Shown: positions 63,801-64,000 of the stretch, in pieces
Numbering within the stretch: the stretch's first letter is position 1
Layout: the number at the start of each line of letters is the position of its first letter
Source: Heteronotia binoei
Taxonomy: Eukaryota
DNA length: 64,000 bases
Reading direction: 5' to 3'
Assembly: GCF_032191835.1 (NCBI RefSeq)
Contig: NC_083237.1
Span: forward strand, 17,112,001-17,176,000
Made by a program: the position numbers and the translations under genes
Notes under the pieces: model-generated
What the model saw: the letters and a program-made list of their open reading frames with translations, nothing else
What the model was told of the DNA's origin: nothing
Databases searched by the model: none

Positions 63801-64000
63801 TTGATCTAAAGCGTGCTGCTTTCCTTCCCATGACTGGTGATCAGAGTCACTGCAAGGAGAGATGGAAGCCACGAGGGCCTTTACCAAGGAGAACTTGAAC
63901 TCTAGGGCTCAAAAAGCTAGAAACCTAACCCGGACTCTAACCTAATCCTAACCCTACAGCAGACCAACAAAGCTATCCTTAAAACGGAGAGAAGAGCTGC

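Larger units (their letters stand above)
56303..64000. repeat. Segmental duplication copy X' (continues beyond window)
   Basis: Colinear with X apart from a 7.4-kb deletion and X-specific insertions. Confidence 0.9.

Overview
Eukaryotic genomic DNA from a squamate reptile, probably a gecko (inferred from the SINE, MITE and CR1 repertoire, not proven). It holds one intact 7-exon cytosolic sulfotransferase (SULT1C-like, 305 aa, + strand, 5470-9980) and a multiply disrupted tandem paralog (17864-25700). A minus-strand olfactory receptor cluster follows, with three intact ORs (26460-27401, 34296-35237, 59448-60389), one nonsense pseudogene (46790-47731) and one truncated pseudogene (56303-56788). 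The OR region contains a tandem segmental duplication in which each copy has lost a different OR. Two Ngaro-type (DIRS order, tyrosine-recombinase) retrotransposons are present. Element 1 (11128-15342, -) is young, has a complete A1-B1-A2-B2 split-repeat structure and encodes only Gag. Element 2 (19325-24884, +) is decayed but retains gag, RT/RNase H, tyrosine recombinase and SGNH hydrolase. The strongest candidate for something new is in these two elements. Both conserve a phase-1 splice donor inside gag and a branch point/acceptor directly in front of the ATG-less SGNH ORF. This predicts a spliced subgenomic mRNA encoding a Gag-N-terminus/esterase fusion. The rest of the window is L1, CR1, hAT MITEs with 8-bp TSDs, SINEs, a SINE-derived minisatellite inside a solo LTR, a Penelope-like inverted insertion and a 220-N gap. 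All coordinates, counts and identities were read by eye, and family names have not been checked against a database.
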